Assembly: GCA_013239625.1 (NCBI GenBank)
Contig: MU054323.1
Span: forward strand, 9,827,186 to 9,891,185
Direction: 5' to 3'
Origin: Lama guanicoe
Taxonomy: Eukaryota
Length of the DNA: 64,000 nt
Shown here: piece by piece, positions 63,655 to 64,000 of the stretch
Numbering within the stretch: position 1 is the stretch's first letter
How the letters are laid out: every line of letters starts with the position of its first letter
Translations under genes and position numbers: made by a program
Notes under the pieces: generated by a model
Told to the model about the DNA's origin: nothing
Databases searched by the model: none
Seen by the model: only the letters and a program-made list of their open reading frames with translations

Positions 63655-64000
63655 GTGAGAATTCTTTCCCAGACATTTTCCCCTTTTAAATTAGCAGAAA
63701 TTTATTGACCTGCTTTGTGCTAGTCACCAGGAATCGAAAGGTAAGACTCAGTCTCTTCATTCAAGGAACTCCCAATCTGAACAAGTGATTTTCAGGCCTT
63801 TTCAGCCTGCTCTCTGTCAGTAAAGTGTATCATTACTTGCTTCTTAGTCCTGGGAAGTATATTTAGTTTTGACAGTGTCTCCTTGGGATTCTTAAATTCT
63901 CAAGGCTCCTCTTCTCCTTCCAACCTTTCCAAAATCTAGACTTGTTCAAAGACATCCAAAACAGACTTGGATTTTCTAATAAGTAATTATTTTTTGTCTT
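61770..64000 (+). other. PPP1CB: PPP1CB intron 1 (5' part)
   Basis: Starts at the GTGAGT donor. No PP1 exon 2-like coding sequence was recognised before the window end. Confidence 0.85.
63612..63653. repeat. Poly(T) tract (about 40 nt) in intron 1
   Basis: Direct reading. Confidence 0.95.

Noticed and set aside
1..64000. CRISPR array, operon or other prokaryotic-type novel system
   Set aside because: The sequence is clearly mammalian. There is no regularly spaced repeat-spacer array and no dense coding region.

Overview
Mammalian genomic DNA, most likely camelid, judged from four copies of a short tRNA-derived SINE with a camelid-like tail and from young artiodactyl-type L1 3' ends. About 61 kb is repeat-rich non-coding sequence lying upstream of the PPP1CB CpG-island promoter. 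PPP1CB coding exon 1 is at 61718-61769 (+), and intron 1 runs off the window end. No other protein-coding gene, RNA gene or CRISPR array is supported. The most unusual structures are: (1) a near-identical 619-bp inverted duplication (22798-23416 / 25389-26007) around a 1972-bp spacer, whose breakpoints split one MLT1 LTR into oppositely oriented halves and whose arm carries a CRE+GC-box+AP-1 cluster; (2) an ERV LTR ending in AATAAA+poly(A) with an L1-type target-site duplication (TSD), nested inside an L1; (3) that L1 inserted at a site already hit by a poly(A)-only insertion; (4) a twin-primed 5'-inverted L1 and a 3'-truncated L1 endonuclease fragment, each with a TSD; and (5) a uORF in the PPP1CB 5' leader ending exactly at a candidate splice acceptor. 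Repeat family names come from recalled consensus similarity, not from a search, and old-repeat boundaries are approximate.
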